Origin: Octopus vulgaris
Taxonomy: Eukaryota
Direction: 5' to 3'
DNA: 64,000 bases
NCBI GenBank assembly: GCA_951406725.2
Contig: OX597831.1
Coordinates: 69,006,001-69,070,000, forward strand
The notes beneath the pieces were generated by a model, which saw only the letters and a program-made list of their open reading frames with translations, did no database searches and was not told where the DNA came from. Made by a program: the position numbers and the translations under genes. Of this stretch, positions 52,985-64,000 are shown one piece after another; positions within the stretch are counted from its first letter, which is position 1; every line of letters begins with the position of its first letter.

Positions 52985-54790
52985 GAAATTTTTTGAAAAA
53001 CAAAAGATGAAGACAGGTGTATGAACAACAAGCAAGTGTATTAGTTTGATATGCAGGAAAAATGAAATACTCTTATGTTTTGAGCCTATGCTCTTCAGCA
53101 AAAAGGAATAAGAGAAAATAAACAGAGAGAGAATTAAAAAAAAACTTGTGAATTTCAGTGGATCAACATGGCAAATGATTGGAAAAAAGTGGTTCAAAGA
53201 AAGGGAGATAATAAGAAAAAAGGCAGTTGAATGAAAGGGAGATAATAAAGTACCAGTGATCCCAACAAGAGAGGGTACGCATGCATGTATGTGTATGTGA
53301 GAGTGTGTGTGCATGAATAGAGGCGTATGAGGCTAATGTGTGTGAGTGTGTGCATGTGTAACATGTGTGTATGTGTGTGTGTGTGTGTGTGTTGTGTGTA
53401 GTAGTTGATGTATGCTTTTTCACGTGGAGTGTGCACATGTGTCTGTGACCAAACAGTGTGCATGTGTATGGTGTATATATGTGGGCGAAAGTTATCTTTA
53501 TCTATGTATATGGTGTGTGTTAATGACTGTTTCATGTGTATGTATACATAGTCTGTGTTCAGGTATTATGTGCTTGTGTATGTGTGGGATTGTTCATGGT
53601 GTGTGGTGTTTGCACTGAGTTAAACAGTGTGTGGCTGCTTATATAATGGTATGTGTAGCGATGCTATTGAAGATTGTGTGTGGGTGTGTGGATGATGTTG
53701 TGCATTGTGTGTAGTCAGTGCTAGTGTGTGTGGAGTGGTGTGGTGTTGGTATCAAGTGAGGAGAGGAGGTGAGGTTTGTGTCAGATGTAGAGAGGAGGTG
53801 AGTTGAGCCCATCTGATGCAAAGAGCAGATTAATTCCTGTTTATGATGAAGGCGTGAGTCCAGATGGCCCCTGTGCAAAGACAGTCTGAACACAGACAGA
53901 TGTTGTTATGAATGACCAGTAGAGAGGAAATGGTGCAAGACCAGGCTGTCATTGCTGAGTCTGATGACTCAGAAGTGCTCCACGAACTGGTCATCAAGGT
54001 GGCATCCCGTTTGACCAATGTACAGGGAAGGACAGTGCGAGCAGGAGATGCAGTAAATAACATTACTAGAAGTTCAGGTAAAGGAGTCGGTGATGTGATA
54101 GGGGTGATGTTGGGTGCCTGTGAGGATGGTGGTGTTGGAGAGGTAGGGGAAGCTGCAACAGTGTGGGCAGGAGCAGGGGAATGAGCTAGGCTGGGAAGTG
54201 GGGTTAGGGAAGAAAATGTGGACTAGGCAGTCATGCAAGTTATGGGCTCATTTGAAGGAGGGAAGGGGTAGGTTGGGGAAGATGTGTGAAGTGGGGGATT
54301 GGACTGGAGTCGCTGGAAGTGCATTGGAGGGGTAGGGTGGAGGGGTGGTAAATGAGTGGAAATGAGAGATGAGCAATAGTGGGCTGGGTGCAAGGAGAAA
54401 GAGCAGAGGCACGGTCCACAGATTGTACCCTGGCAAGAGCAGTGTGGATAGTGGTGAGGTGATATCCACGTAGGATGGTAAGCCATGAGTTGAGACTGAG
54501 TCTCAAAGTCAAGGTTATCACTGCAGAGCCTGCACAGATGGAGGAATTGAGAATAGGGGATGGAGAGCTTGGTGTGGGTAGGGTGGGAGGATGAGAAGTT
54601 ATGGTAGGAGTGTGAGTCAGTGTGTCTGTAGTGGATGGTGGTAGTGAGAGTAGAGTGGTGTATTCTGAAAGAAATGTCAAGAAATTCGATGGAGATAGTG
54701 CAAGAGAATTTGAGGGCTGGATGGAAGTATTGGACAAAAGGAGCCTAGTTGTTTGTGGAGAGTGAAGTGGTGCTGATACAGTCATTGATA
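52985..54790 (-). mobile_element. Penelope-like element: RT C-terminus, GIY-YIG, simple repeats and pLTR-like end
   Basis: SIPYSQFLHLCRLCSD, LRGYHLTTIHTALAR, SNVIYCISCSHCPSLYIGQTG; decayed hammerhead-like agagcauaggcucaaaacaua near 53070-53105. Confidence 0.85.
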
Positions 54791-54816
54791 TAACTACTGT
54801 ATATGTATGTATGTAT

Positions 54817-54850
<34 letters not shown>

Positions 54851-54974
54851 CGTGAAGTATATTTGCCACTTAAATGTGGCTAACCCTTAAGGGTGGATGC
54901 TACTGTAGCTTGTAGCCCCAGGATGACACCTCCTCTAGCTGGCTATTGACACACTTTCTGTGCCCTATCAATAT

Positions 54975-55050
54975 TTGCAAAGGGAAGCCATCCTTCCCAT
55001 CCTCAAGCTGACATGATACTGAAGATTGGAAGGATGGCTTCCCTTTGCAA
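54975..55050. repeat. perfect 23-bp inverted repeat, 30-nt spacer
   Basis: ttgcaaagggaagccatccttcc / ggaaggatggcttccctttgcaa. Confidence 0.95.
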
Positions 55051-55058
55051 GGGATTTA

Positions 55059-55107
<49 letters not shown>

Positions 55108-56137
55108 TATATTATATGTAAATTATTATGGTGGCTATTTGCAATCAACAGAACAAATATGTACAGAAGAATAAGCTCATTACTGTGTTATATTCAATTT
55201 ATGCAAATGGTCAGTGGCTGATATTTCGGTGCAACAAATGCCAAACCCACAGCACTGAAACCAAGAAATAAGCTGCAATTAAGAGAAAGATGAAATAAGT
55301 TATATCAAGTTATCGTGTGTAATTCTATGACCCAATCATGATGTCTTACTGTCAGTAAGCCTTTGTAACTTGAAAATGTCCAAACAGGCTTTCATTCAGA
55401 AATTCCTGTGCAGAGAAATATCTTCCAATTATAAAGTCTACAACTATTATGAAGGTTTCGCCTATTATGCCACTCTGATAATACTCCTGATGTGAACCTA
55501 TTATTTTTTCATTCTTCTCATTTTAAAGATAGTATGCAAATAATGATCTCTCTCTCTCTCACTCTCTCTCACTCTCTGTCTTTCTTTCTCCATACACCCC
55601 AATAGTTGGCCCAGTGATTTAATCTGCAATTCATATCTGTAATACAAAATGCTTATAAGAACGGATAAATAGTTATGATAATGAGAAAGAGGTGGAGGTA
55701 CGTATATCCTCCACTGATGCTTTGACTATATTGATAGATCAAGGAAAAGACAGATATAAAAACAAAGCATCTGAAAACTTGAGAGAAGGAGAGAGAGAGA
55801 AATCGAAGGAAGATGGCTCATTATTTAAACAATAACAGCTTTGGAAGGAGGGGGCAACATGCAACATTTATGTGATGCTGGTAGAAGAGACATGTTAAGT
55901 AATGCAAATCATTATAATATTAAGCATGATAATATGGAACATATCTGTCATTCATACGAGGAAGAATTTCTGAATGAAAGCCTTTATGGTCATTTCCATG
56001 TCACAAAAGATTGCCAAAAGAAAGACTCCTTCATTGGACAATGGAATTTCACCTAATGATTTAATATGATTTTGTTTTTGTTCATAATCTTGTTTTGTTT
56101 TGTTTTTCTTTTAGTTAACACAAAGTTGATGTGTAGT

Positions 56138-56430
56138 CATCATCATCATCCTCATTGTTTAACGTCCGCTTTCTATGCTAGCATGGGTTGGACGATTTTG
56201 ACTGAGGGCTGGCGAACCAGATGGTTGCACCAGGCTCCAATCTTGATTTGGCAGAGTTTCTACAGCTGGATGCCCTTCCTAACGCCAGCCACTCTGAGAG
56301 TGTTGTGGGTGCTTTTTACGTGCCACCGGCACAAGGGCCAGTCAGGTGGTACTGGCAATGACCTTGCCCAAATCCTTTTACACATGCCACCAGCACAGGT
56401 GCCAGTAAGGCGACTTTGGTAACGATCACG
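56138..56430 (-). mobile_element. RTE 3' end
   Basis: (CAT)n tail plus conserved UTR. Confidence 0.85.
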
Positions 56431-57438
56431 CTTGAAATCCACAAAAAAACATATTTGTAAAGTAAGAGATATTTCTTACTGAAAGCAACTCAAAATTTTT
56501 AGGGAGAAGTAAAATAAGAGAGAATTTTCTATAATATATTACAGGTAGATATTTAATCAATTTAGTATAGAAGAAGCCATTGAAGAAACTGGTAAATGGA
56601 CCAGCCATTATGAGGTCAATCTGCGAACTAGAAACATTAGCCAAATATCTCTCAAATCATAGTTACCTTTCCAAAAACGGAAGTTTGTATTTAGTGATGT
56701 AGTTCTGGATACATTATATGTGAAAAGCAGGAATGAATAGTCAGAGCTTTGATAATGAGGCAGCTCAACTAATGCTGCTTTGGGGCTAAGTAAGTAGCAG
56801 CAATCTAGAATAGATACAGGTTAATACACTCTTATGGGAATTTGATCTAACAGAAGACAGAATGGTGACTATATACTATTATAGCCTTGTGTCCAACACT
56901 ACTATTTCTGCTAATTTACTCTGCTTTTCAAAATAGAAGATACTGTGACCTTAACAATGTCATGTTTTCATGAGTTGCTCCACATGGTCACAGTAGTAGT
57001 GAAATTTCTTTCAAATCACCCTCCGTCACTATAAACAGGAAAGAACACATAAATAATATAACCCTACATACAAATAAAAGAATGAGATGGTCATATGTTA
57101 CATAATCAGATTTTCCTCAAATAAACAACAACATCCATTAAATGATGGAAGGATGTCTTCTAACTGGAGACCTGGTCAGAGTGCCTGTAAGAGACTCGAG
57201 TGTGCTAAAATTACCCAAGATACCAAGTAGTAATGTTAAGCAGAGCAACTGATTAAGTAGCTATAGCAAGACTTGAACCTAGAATGCAGAGGATCGGAAC
57301 AATGTCGGCATCCAGTCTAGCTGTAATAATGTTGGACTGGATACCAAAATTATTGTAAGACATTTTACTTGATAATCTAACAACTCTGCTTATTCACCAC
57401 ACAAATATAACAATAATAATTGTTTATATAAAACTTTT

Positions 57439-57847
57439 GGATCTTTTCGGTTTGAACGGCAGTTTTTAACATAATTTCTAGGCAACTAAAAAATTTTAAA
57501 CTTCATATACTGGTAGAATGTGTTTATAAAACATCTTTTTCTCTTGGCTTTATTGAGAAAATTCTATAGTTTGTAAGATATTTCTTGTTTTTTTCTTCAA
57601 TTTCTGCAATTTCAACCAATCACAGACATCCATTGAGTTAAAAAGCATTCTGTGCCGTATGAACATGTCCCTCGTTTAAGAAACAGATTGGGTTTATTTA
57701 CATTTGTGAAGAAAAAAAGATACCCTTCCCCCACCCCTAACCCTAAAAGAGATTGAAATGCAATAGATCGATACTAGGGTCATAATTATGGGTGACAATT
57801 TCATATGACACCGCTAGAAAAGACTGCCATTCAAACTGAAAAGATCC
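57439..57847. mobile_element. telomeric-repeat MITE, copy 3
   Basis: Same TIRs; TSD aaactttt/aaacttct; two CCCTAA units. Confidence 0.93.
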
Positions 57848-58254
57848 AAACTTCTTCTCTGTGTAATAATGATAATATTTACAATGTGTTTTGTTTGTGA
57901 AATGTGGTTTGAAATAAGACAGAATTCAGACATAGAATATATTTAAAATATAATAGTGAAAATGATAGGTCTTAAATTTTCAACATCAATTGGAGAATGT
58001 ATGTAGAAAATATTCAAATGCACATGCACAGACACATACACACAAATATATGCGTGCATGTGTGTGTATGTGAGAAGTCAAACACAAACAGATAACTGTC
58101 ACATCAAAGAGAGTACGGGTGTGAGATGAATATATGGAATTAAAGTACAAAAAGAGAAAATAGCCAAAATGTGACTTAACAAAGTACTAGTTTCTAATTT
58201 CTGATTGGATAGAATAATGTAAGAATGATGGATCTAAAACTGCTGGGTGTTTTT

Positions 58255-58400
58255 GTATCTTTCTGTTTCCAGCTACCAAATCTTCTCACATGGCTTTGGT
58301 TGGCCCAAGACTATAGTAAAAGATACTTGCCCAGGGTACCATGTAGTGGGACTGAGCCTGGAACCATATGGCTGGGAAGCAAGTTTCTCACCCCACAGCT
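58255..58400 (-). mobile_element. SINE family A, 5' half
   Basis: ccaaatc..ctcaca.ggctttggttggccc...acttgccc...gtgggactga. Confidence 0.7.
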
Positions 58401-58635
58401 CATAGGTGATGATAGTAAAATTAAAGTTGAATGAATAGAATCTTTATTCAATGCTGCTTATAATTTTTTATTGAAATCTGGGTTACACCAGTAACAAACT
58501 TCTCAGATATATACTGGGAACCATGTAGTCCACACTAAAAACTTTTAAAGTGTGTTGTTTATTGTTACGCATTATAGTATTTGACTTCTATTAATGAATT
58601 TTATAATGCAATGACATTTCATGAATCATCATTAA

Positions 58636-58856
58636 CCCTTTCATTACCAACCCGGCTGAAACCTGCTCTGGCCCTGTAGTACAAATATCTTGTTTTCATA
58701 AGTTTTGAATTAAAATCTTCCACCAAACCTTAGTCACAATTTATGTTCCTAACACCAGTTGAATGATAACTAAGTTATTTTACTAAATTCTTTGTTATAT
58801 TTAAAGTAATTGAAAGAAACACAGAGCATCTCAAAATAAATACAGTAATGAAAGGG
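58636..58856. mobile_element. piggyBac-like MITE, copy 2
   Basis: TTAA-ccctttcattac ... gtaatgaaaggg-TTAA. Confidence 0.9.
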
Positions 58857-59284
58857 TTAAGTGAGAACTCAGATTTATTTGGAATAAAATTGTGCATGGT
58901 AAAACGAAAACAGTTTTCTTTATTTGTAAATGGAACAGCAGGAGTGTTTCTCTTTTCCTTGGGGTGACATTTGTATCTACATAGATATAAGTTATGGAAA
59001 TTAGAATGTTTTATTGATGTTTGTTTTGATGTAAATTCGTTTATTGAAAAGTTCCATTTAGTATTTAAATTGATTTTGTATGGAGTCAACATTTTCTTTA
59101 AATTCAGAATGCTGACACTAGCAACTTCTCAAAATCATGAAAAATCGTCATTTTGCAAATGGATTTTTTTTATGTCATGCACATTTTGAGAACAAAAGAA
59201 TTGCAGGTTATTCCAGTATGTATTTTTGAAAAGACATAAATATGCATATTCATACAAGTATGTATACACTCACACAAGTCACAG

Positions 59285-59392
<108 letters not shown>

Positions 59393-59437
59393 ATATGTAC
59401 ATATAAAAACAAAGAGGAACTTGTTATTTAATTTAAT

Positions 59438-59577
59438 CGGGCATCCAGCTTTAGAAACTCTGCCAGATCAGATTGGAGTCTGGTGCAGCCATCTGGTTCA
59501 CCTCATTCAAATCGTCCAACCCATGCTAGAATGGAAAGTGGACGTTAAAAGATAATGATGATGATGATGATGATGAT
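59438..59577 (+). mobile_element. short RTE 3' end
   Basis: gggcatccagct...gtccaacccatgctag...(gat)n. Confidence 0.8.
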
Positions 59578-59882
59578 CAACTTACAGCTGTTTCCACTTA
59601 GGAGAACTGCCCTGGTTTCTTCACAGCTTTTGATTGCATTATTTGGGAAGTATTTTATTTACATACATCTCCTGTATTAAGTAACCTGATTTGAGAAGAT
59701 ATATTATCAGAGAGAACATAATAACAGACAAGCATAAATAATGAAAGATGATTATGAAAAATCATAAGATTGAAAAACTACAAGAATATGTTGGTCAGAT
59801 AAAAGATAAATTAGATATGCCTGGCTAGGCACACAACACTTTAACTATTGACTATGTCATGCTGGGTAAGCATACACACATC

Positions 59883-60750
59883 CGAGATGGTTTCAAAAAT
59901 TTCCTGGACACCATCAGATGGCAGCACACAGTTGTATACACAGTGAGAACTAGCAATGACCATCGTGTAGTAGTGTACCAAGCGACACTGTTGTGTTTAC
60001 TTTGCAAGTTGTGAAATTTGTATTTTTGTAATCACATGTATGCTGTAGTCTGCCACTTTGGCATGCACAGGAACAAAGAGCCAATGTGAAATTTTGCATT
60101 AAACTTGGGAACTCTGCTACAGAGACATTGAGCATGCTTCAGCAAGATTATGGAGATGAGGCAATGGGTCGTACACAATATTTCAAGTGACACAGTGTTC
60201 AAAAGTGGAAGACATTGAGTGGTCTGGAAGACATTGAGTGGTCTGGAAGATGTGTCATGAATGTCACATTCTAGAAATGTGGTATTCTGCATGGAAAATT
60301 CGTTCCCCATGGCCATATCACAAATTGAGAGTTCTACTACGAGATTTTGAGGCATTTGAGGGAGGACATTCTGTGACAGTGACAGGATCTGGGGAGCACA
60401 AAGAATTGGATTCTTCATAACAACAATGCACTCTGTCACTGAGATCTCCTCACTCGTGGATATTCTCACTAAAAACAACATGGTATCACTTCCACTCCCA
60501 TCCTATTCACCAGATTCAACACCTGCAGACTTTCATCACTTCTCCAAGATGAAAATGCAGCTCAAGGATTGCTGTCTTAACACTGTTGTCGAGATCCAGA
60601 GTGAATTGCAGAATGTCCTCGACTTGCTGAGGGAAAACAACTTCCGGGCTGGATTCCAAAAGTGGCAGAACTGCAAGGTGACTATTTTGAAGAAGATGAT
60701 GTTAGAATTTAGGTAAATAACTAGTCCTGGAAATTTTTGATACTATTTCG
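59883..60750 (+). mobile_element. internally deleted mariner
   Basis: TIRs cgagatggtttcaaaaatttcctggac / gtcctggaaatttttgatactatttcg; EQRANVKFCIKLG, PSYSPDSTPADF. Confidence 0.9.
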
Positions 60751-60943
60751 TGTGTATATGTGTGAGTGGGTGTGTGTGTACGTGTGCGTGTGTGTGTATG
60801 TGTGTGTGTATGCTTATAGGTATATATGCATTCACAATATATGCCCATACATGCATATATATATACATATATATGACCTCGTATGTACCATTGGCGATTC
60901 TTTTTCCTCTGTCTTCCCTTCTCTGGATCTTTCCTTCTCCTAT

Positions 60944-60978
60944 GTTTCCGACGAAGAGCTCCGCTTGAAACGTTAAAC
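60944..60978 (+). ncRNA. minimal type I hammerhead-like motif (Penelope type)
   Basis: guuu-CCGACGA-a-gagc-ucc-gcuu-GAAAC-GUU-aaac; stems I and II intact, palindromic ACGU stem III; U4C change in the core. Confidence 0.65.
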
Positions 60979-61477
60979 CCTCCTTCTTCCCTTCTTTCCT
61001 GAGAGTCCAATAATACTATATTTGTTCCACGTCCTCGCGTTGTTGTGTTTTTTGTGTTTTCTTGTTTGGATTAACTATATATATATATATGCTATTCCTC
61101 GGCATGGGTATGCAAGCACACTATGCTTATAATGTACCGGTAACAACGGAATTAACAAAAGTTTATCAAGAATCAAATTTAAATAATCAGGAAATGGAGA
61201 AAACTTGATCAACAAAGAAATAGGACCACATCTGTAGATTATTTTTTAATACAAAATATGACATAACATTTCTTTTTTGCCTACCAACTTCAAAGCTCAA
61301 TGCTAGAAGATAGTATGATTTTAATATATGGTGGTTGTCTACTCCAGATATAATAATAGTATTTGCATGCTTTTAAGTTATGAAACAATTTGTTGTGATA
61401 TATAGGGTTTTCTTATTGTTAAATAAAATGACATCAAACTATTTGTCTGTCATTTATGACTTTGTGTATACATATAT

Positions 61478-61726
61478 AAATACAGTGTACATTTAAACAC
61501 ATAAGAGATGGCCATAACAGGATATCTGACCCACTAGAAGGAGTAGTTAAACTCTAAACCACTATTAGGGGTAATTTCAAAAGGGAATGGAAAATAACAT
61601 TTGTTTTTATTTTTCATTCCCTTTCGAAATTACCCCTAATAGTGGTTTAGAGTTTAACTACTCCTTCTAGCGGGTCAGCTGTCCTGTTATGGCCATCTCT
61701 TATGTGTTTAAATGTACACTGTATTT
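61478..61726. repeat. near-perfect fold-back, arms about 120 bp, loop about 10 nt
   Basis: aaatacagtgtacatttaaacac...ggaatggaaaataa is mirrored by ttatttttcattcc...gtgtttaaatgtacactgtattt. Confidence 0.97.
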
Positions 61727-61838
61727 TTATAAGAATAATACATAGTCTATTGACTAGTTTTTTTTCTTCTCAATAGACCACTGATAGTAAAGAAATTTTC
61801 TTAATTTTTTTGCTACCCTGGAATTTATTTATAAATAA

Positions 61839-61874
<36 letters not shown>

Positions 61875-62065
61875 CTATAGATATACCTTATTAAAAGCTT
61901 AGAAGCAAATGAATGCAATCATAATATCATTGGGAAATCCAGTGGTATATACAAAATGCCACACATTAATGTGCTAAAGAGCTAATGGATTACAGAGTTA
62001 AATAAATAGCACAGAATACTATAAATATACATATGTCATGACCAAATAAATTAAGATAAACATAG

Positions 62066-62460
62066 ATGCAGGAGTGGTTGTGGTAAAAAGATGCTTCCCA
62101 ACCATGTGATTCTGGGTTTGGTCCTGCTGCATGGCATCTTGGGCAAGTGTCTTCTACTATAGCCTCAGGTTGACCAGAGTCTTGTGAGTGGATTTGGTAG
62201 ACAGAAACTGAAAGAAGCCTGTCATAAATATGTATATATTTATGTATGTGTGTCTTTATGTCTGTGTTTGACCCCCACCATAACTTGACAGTGCGTTTAT
62301 GTCACTGTAACTTAGTGGTTTGGCAAAAGAGACCGATAGAATAGATACTTGGTTTACAAAAGAATAACTCCTGTGGTCAATTTGTTTGATTAAAACCCTT
62401 GAAGGTGGTGCTCCGCGGTTGCAATCAAAGACTGAGACATAAAAAAATAAAAGAATAAAG
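62066..62460 (+). mobile_element. SINE family A
   Basis: Head, body and tail similarity to other copies. Confidence 0.85.
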
Positions 62461-62477
62461 TAAACTTGTAGTTATAG

Positions 62478-62616
62478 GTTGTGTGACTGTGTGGTAAGAA
62501 GCTTACTTCCTAACCATATGGTTCCAGGTTCAGTCCCACTGCATGGCACTTTAGCCAAGCTTTAGGATGATCAAAGCTTTGTGAGTGGATTTGGTAGATG
62601 GAAACTGAAAGAAGCT

Positions 62617-62664
<48 letters not shown>

Positions 62665-62777
62665 ATACAAACTGGGACAAGAACGCAAAACATTTAGAAG
62701 ACGATACAAAAAACACGGAGGGGACATTCGAAGCCTTCAATCTTCAGTCAAGAACCAGATCATCCTCGCAATTTTGG

Positions 62778-62847
<70 letters not shown>

Positions 62848-63040
62848 TCATATATGTTTGTGTGTCTTTGTGTCTGTGTTTGCCCTCCACCATCGCTTGA
62901 CAACCGATGTTGGTGTGTTTGTGTCCCCATAACTTAGCAGTTCAGCAAAAGAGAGGCTTACAAAGAATAAGTCGATTTGTTCAACTAAAGGCGGTGCTCT
63001 AGTATGGCCACAATCAAACGACTGAAGCAAATAAAACAAT
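62478..63040 (+). mobile_element. SINE family A with a 120-bp insert (62660-62779) inside its (TA)n
   Basis: Head to 62620, TA tract, foreign insert, TA tract, SINE 3' half. Confidence 0.8.
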
Positions 63041-64000
63041 AAATTGAAAAGAATATGAAATACAAACTTATGAAAATAAGGTTAAATACCATAAAGTTGT
63101 TTCAAATAAAGAAATAAATTAAGGAATTTTGAAACACATTTCCTAATCCCAAACATGAGATATATCAAGATAAATTAGCACTAAGCAAATGGAACTTTCT
63201 ACTATATCCATGAGAATTCATTCCATCCTAGATGTATCCTTACTGGATAAGTAAGAAATGTATTGATTAGGACACCAAGATAATCTGTTAAGGAAAACAA
63301 TACTTAATGATGGTGCTTGGCACTATATCAAGACTTTGTGTTGAAGTGGTTATAAGGAGAAAATTATGTATATATATATATATCTGATGATAGGGTCTAC
63401 ATAAAATAATAGTTAGGGAAATAGTGATTGTAGGAATAATGGAATGCAAGACTTCCTGGTTATGGTGGTAATGGTGGTAGTGGTATGGGTGGTGAGATTA
63501 GAAATGCAGGAAGGATAGTTTAGTCATAGTGGTAGTAATAACCACGTCAAGAATTTCACAGATCTGATACTGGTATGATTAGTAATTAGATAAATTATTT
63601 TGAGTTGGCTAATAACTTTAATGATGATGAAAACTTTTTACCTGAATAGCACTAAAGAATTAGTGAATAAAAGGGCAACCTGGTTTTCAGGTATGTCTCA
63701 ATATATACAACTCTAAGCCATACTAGCATGTAACTATAGGATGTAAATGAATTAATATACGTATACATATAAATATGCATATACACATGTGCATTCATAT
63801 ACATACATGCATGCATACATACATAATCTACAGTTACTCAATCTAGATTACAAGTTCAGGTTTATACCTGTAATTATTGGTGCCCTGTGATATGCAACAC
63901 ACTGCCTAAATACCAATCATGAGAAATTAGTCTTCTCAAAACTAGAAAGGAGAAAGCTAATTTGAAGACTACAGATCCAAACCATCACTAGAACTGTAAA

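Overview
This is eukaryotic, visibly AT-rich, repeat-saturated DNA. The tRNA-headed SINE families and (GAT)n-tailed RTE ends resemble those I recall from octopus/cephalopod assemblies; that is inference, not checked. I find no intact protein-coding gene. Most ORF-track entries are microsatellite translations or transposon debris. Recognisable content: three mariner elements (one full length, about 1.29 kb), hAT and Helitron (PIF1-like helicase) relics, a decayed Gypsy LTR element, RTE-clade LINEs with a PHD finger after the RT core plus many truncated 3' ends, a HERO-like RLE retroelement 3' end, several Penelope-like (GIY-YIG) relics, three SINE families, piggyBac-like MITEs, and an 8-bp-TSD MITE family carrying telomeric repeats. 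The most notable signal is about eight hammerhead-ribozyme-like motifs. Two of them (22286-22353 + and 43326-43387 -) have a non-circularly permuted, pseudoknotted strand order, and many sit in or beside (TA)n tracts. There are also several long fold-backs, one next to a candidate minus-strand exon of an unidentified host gene. Most repeat boundaries are approximate and were read by eye.
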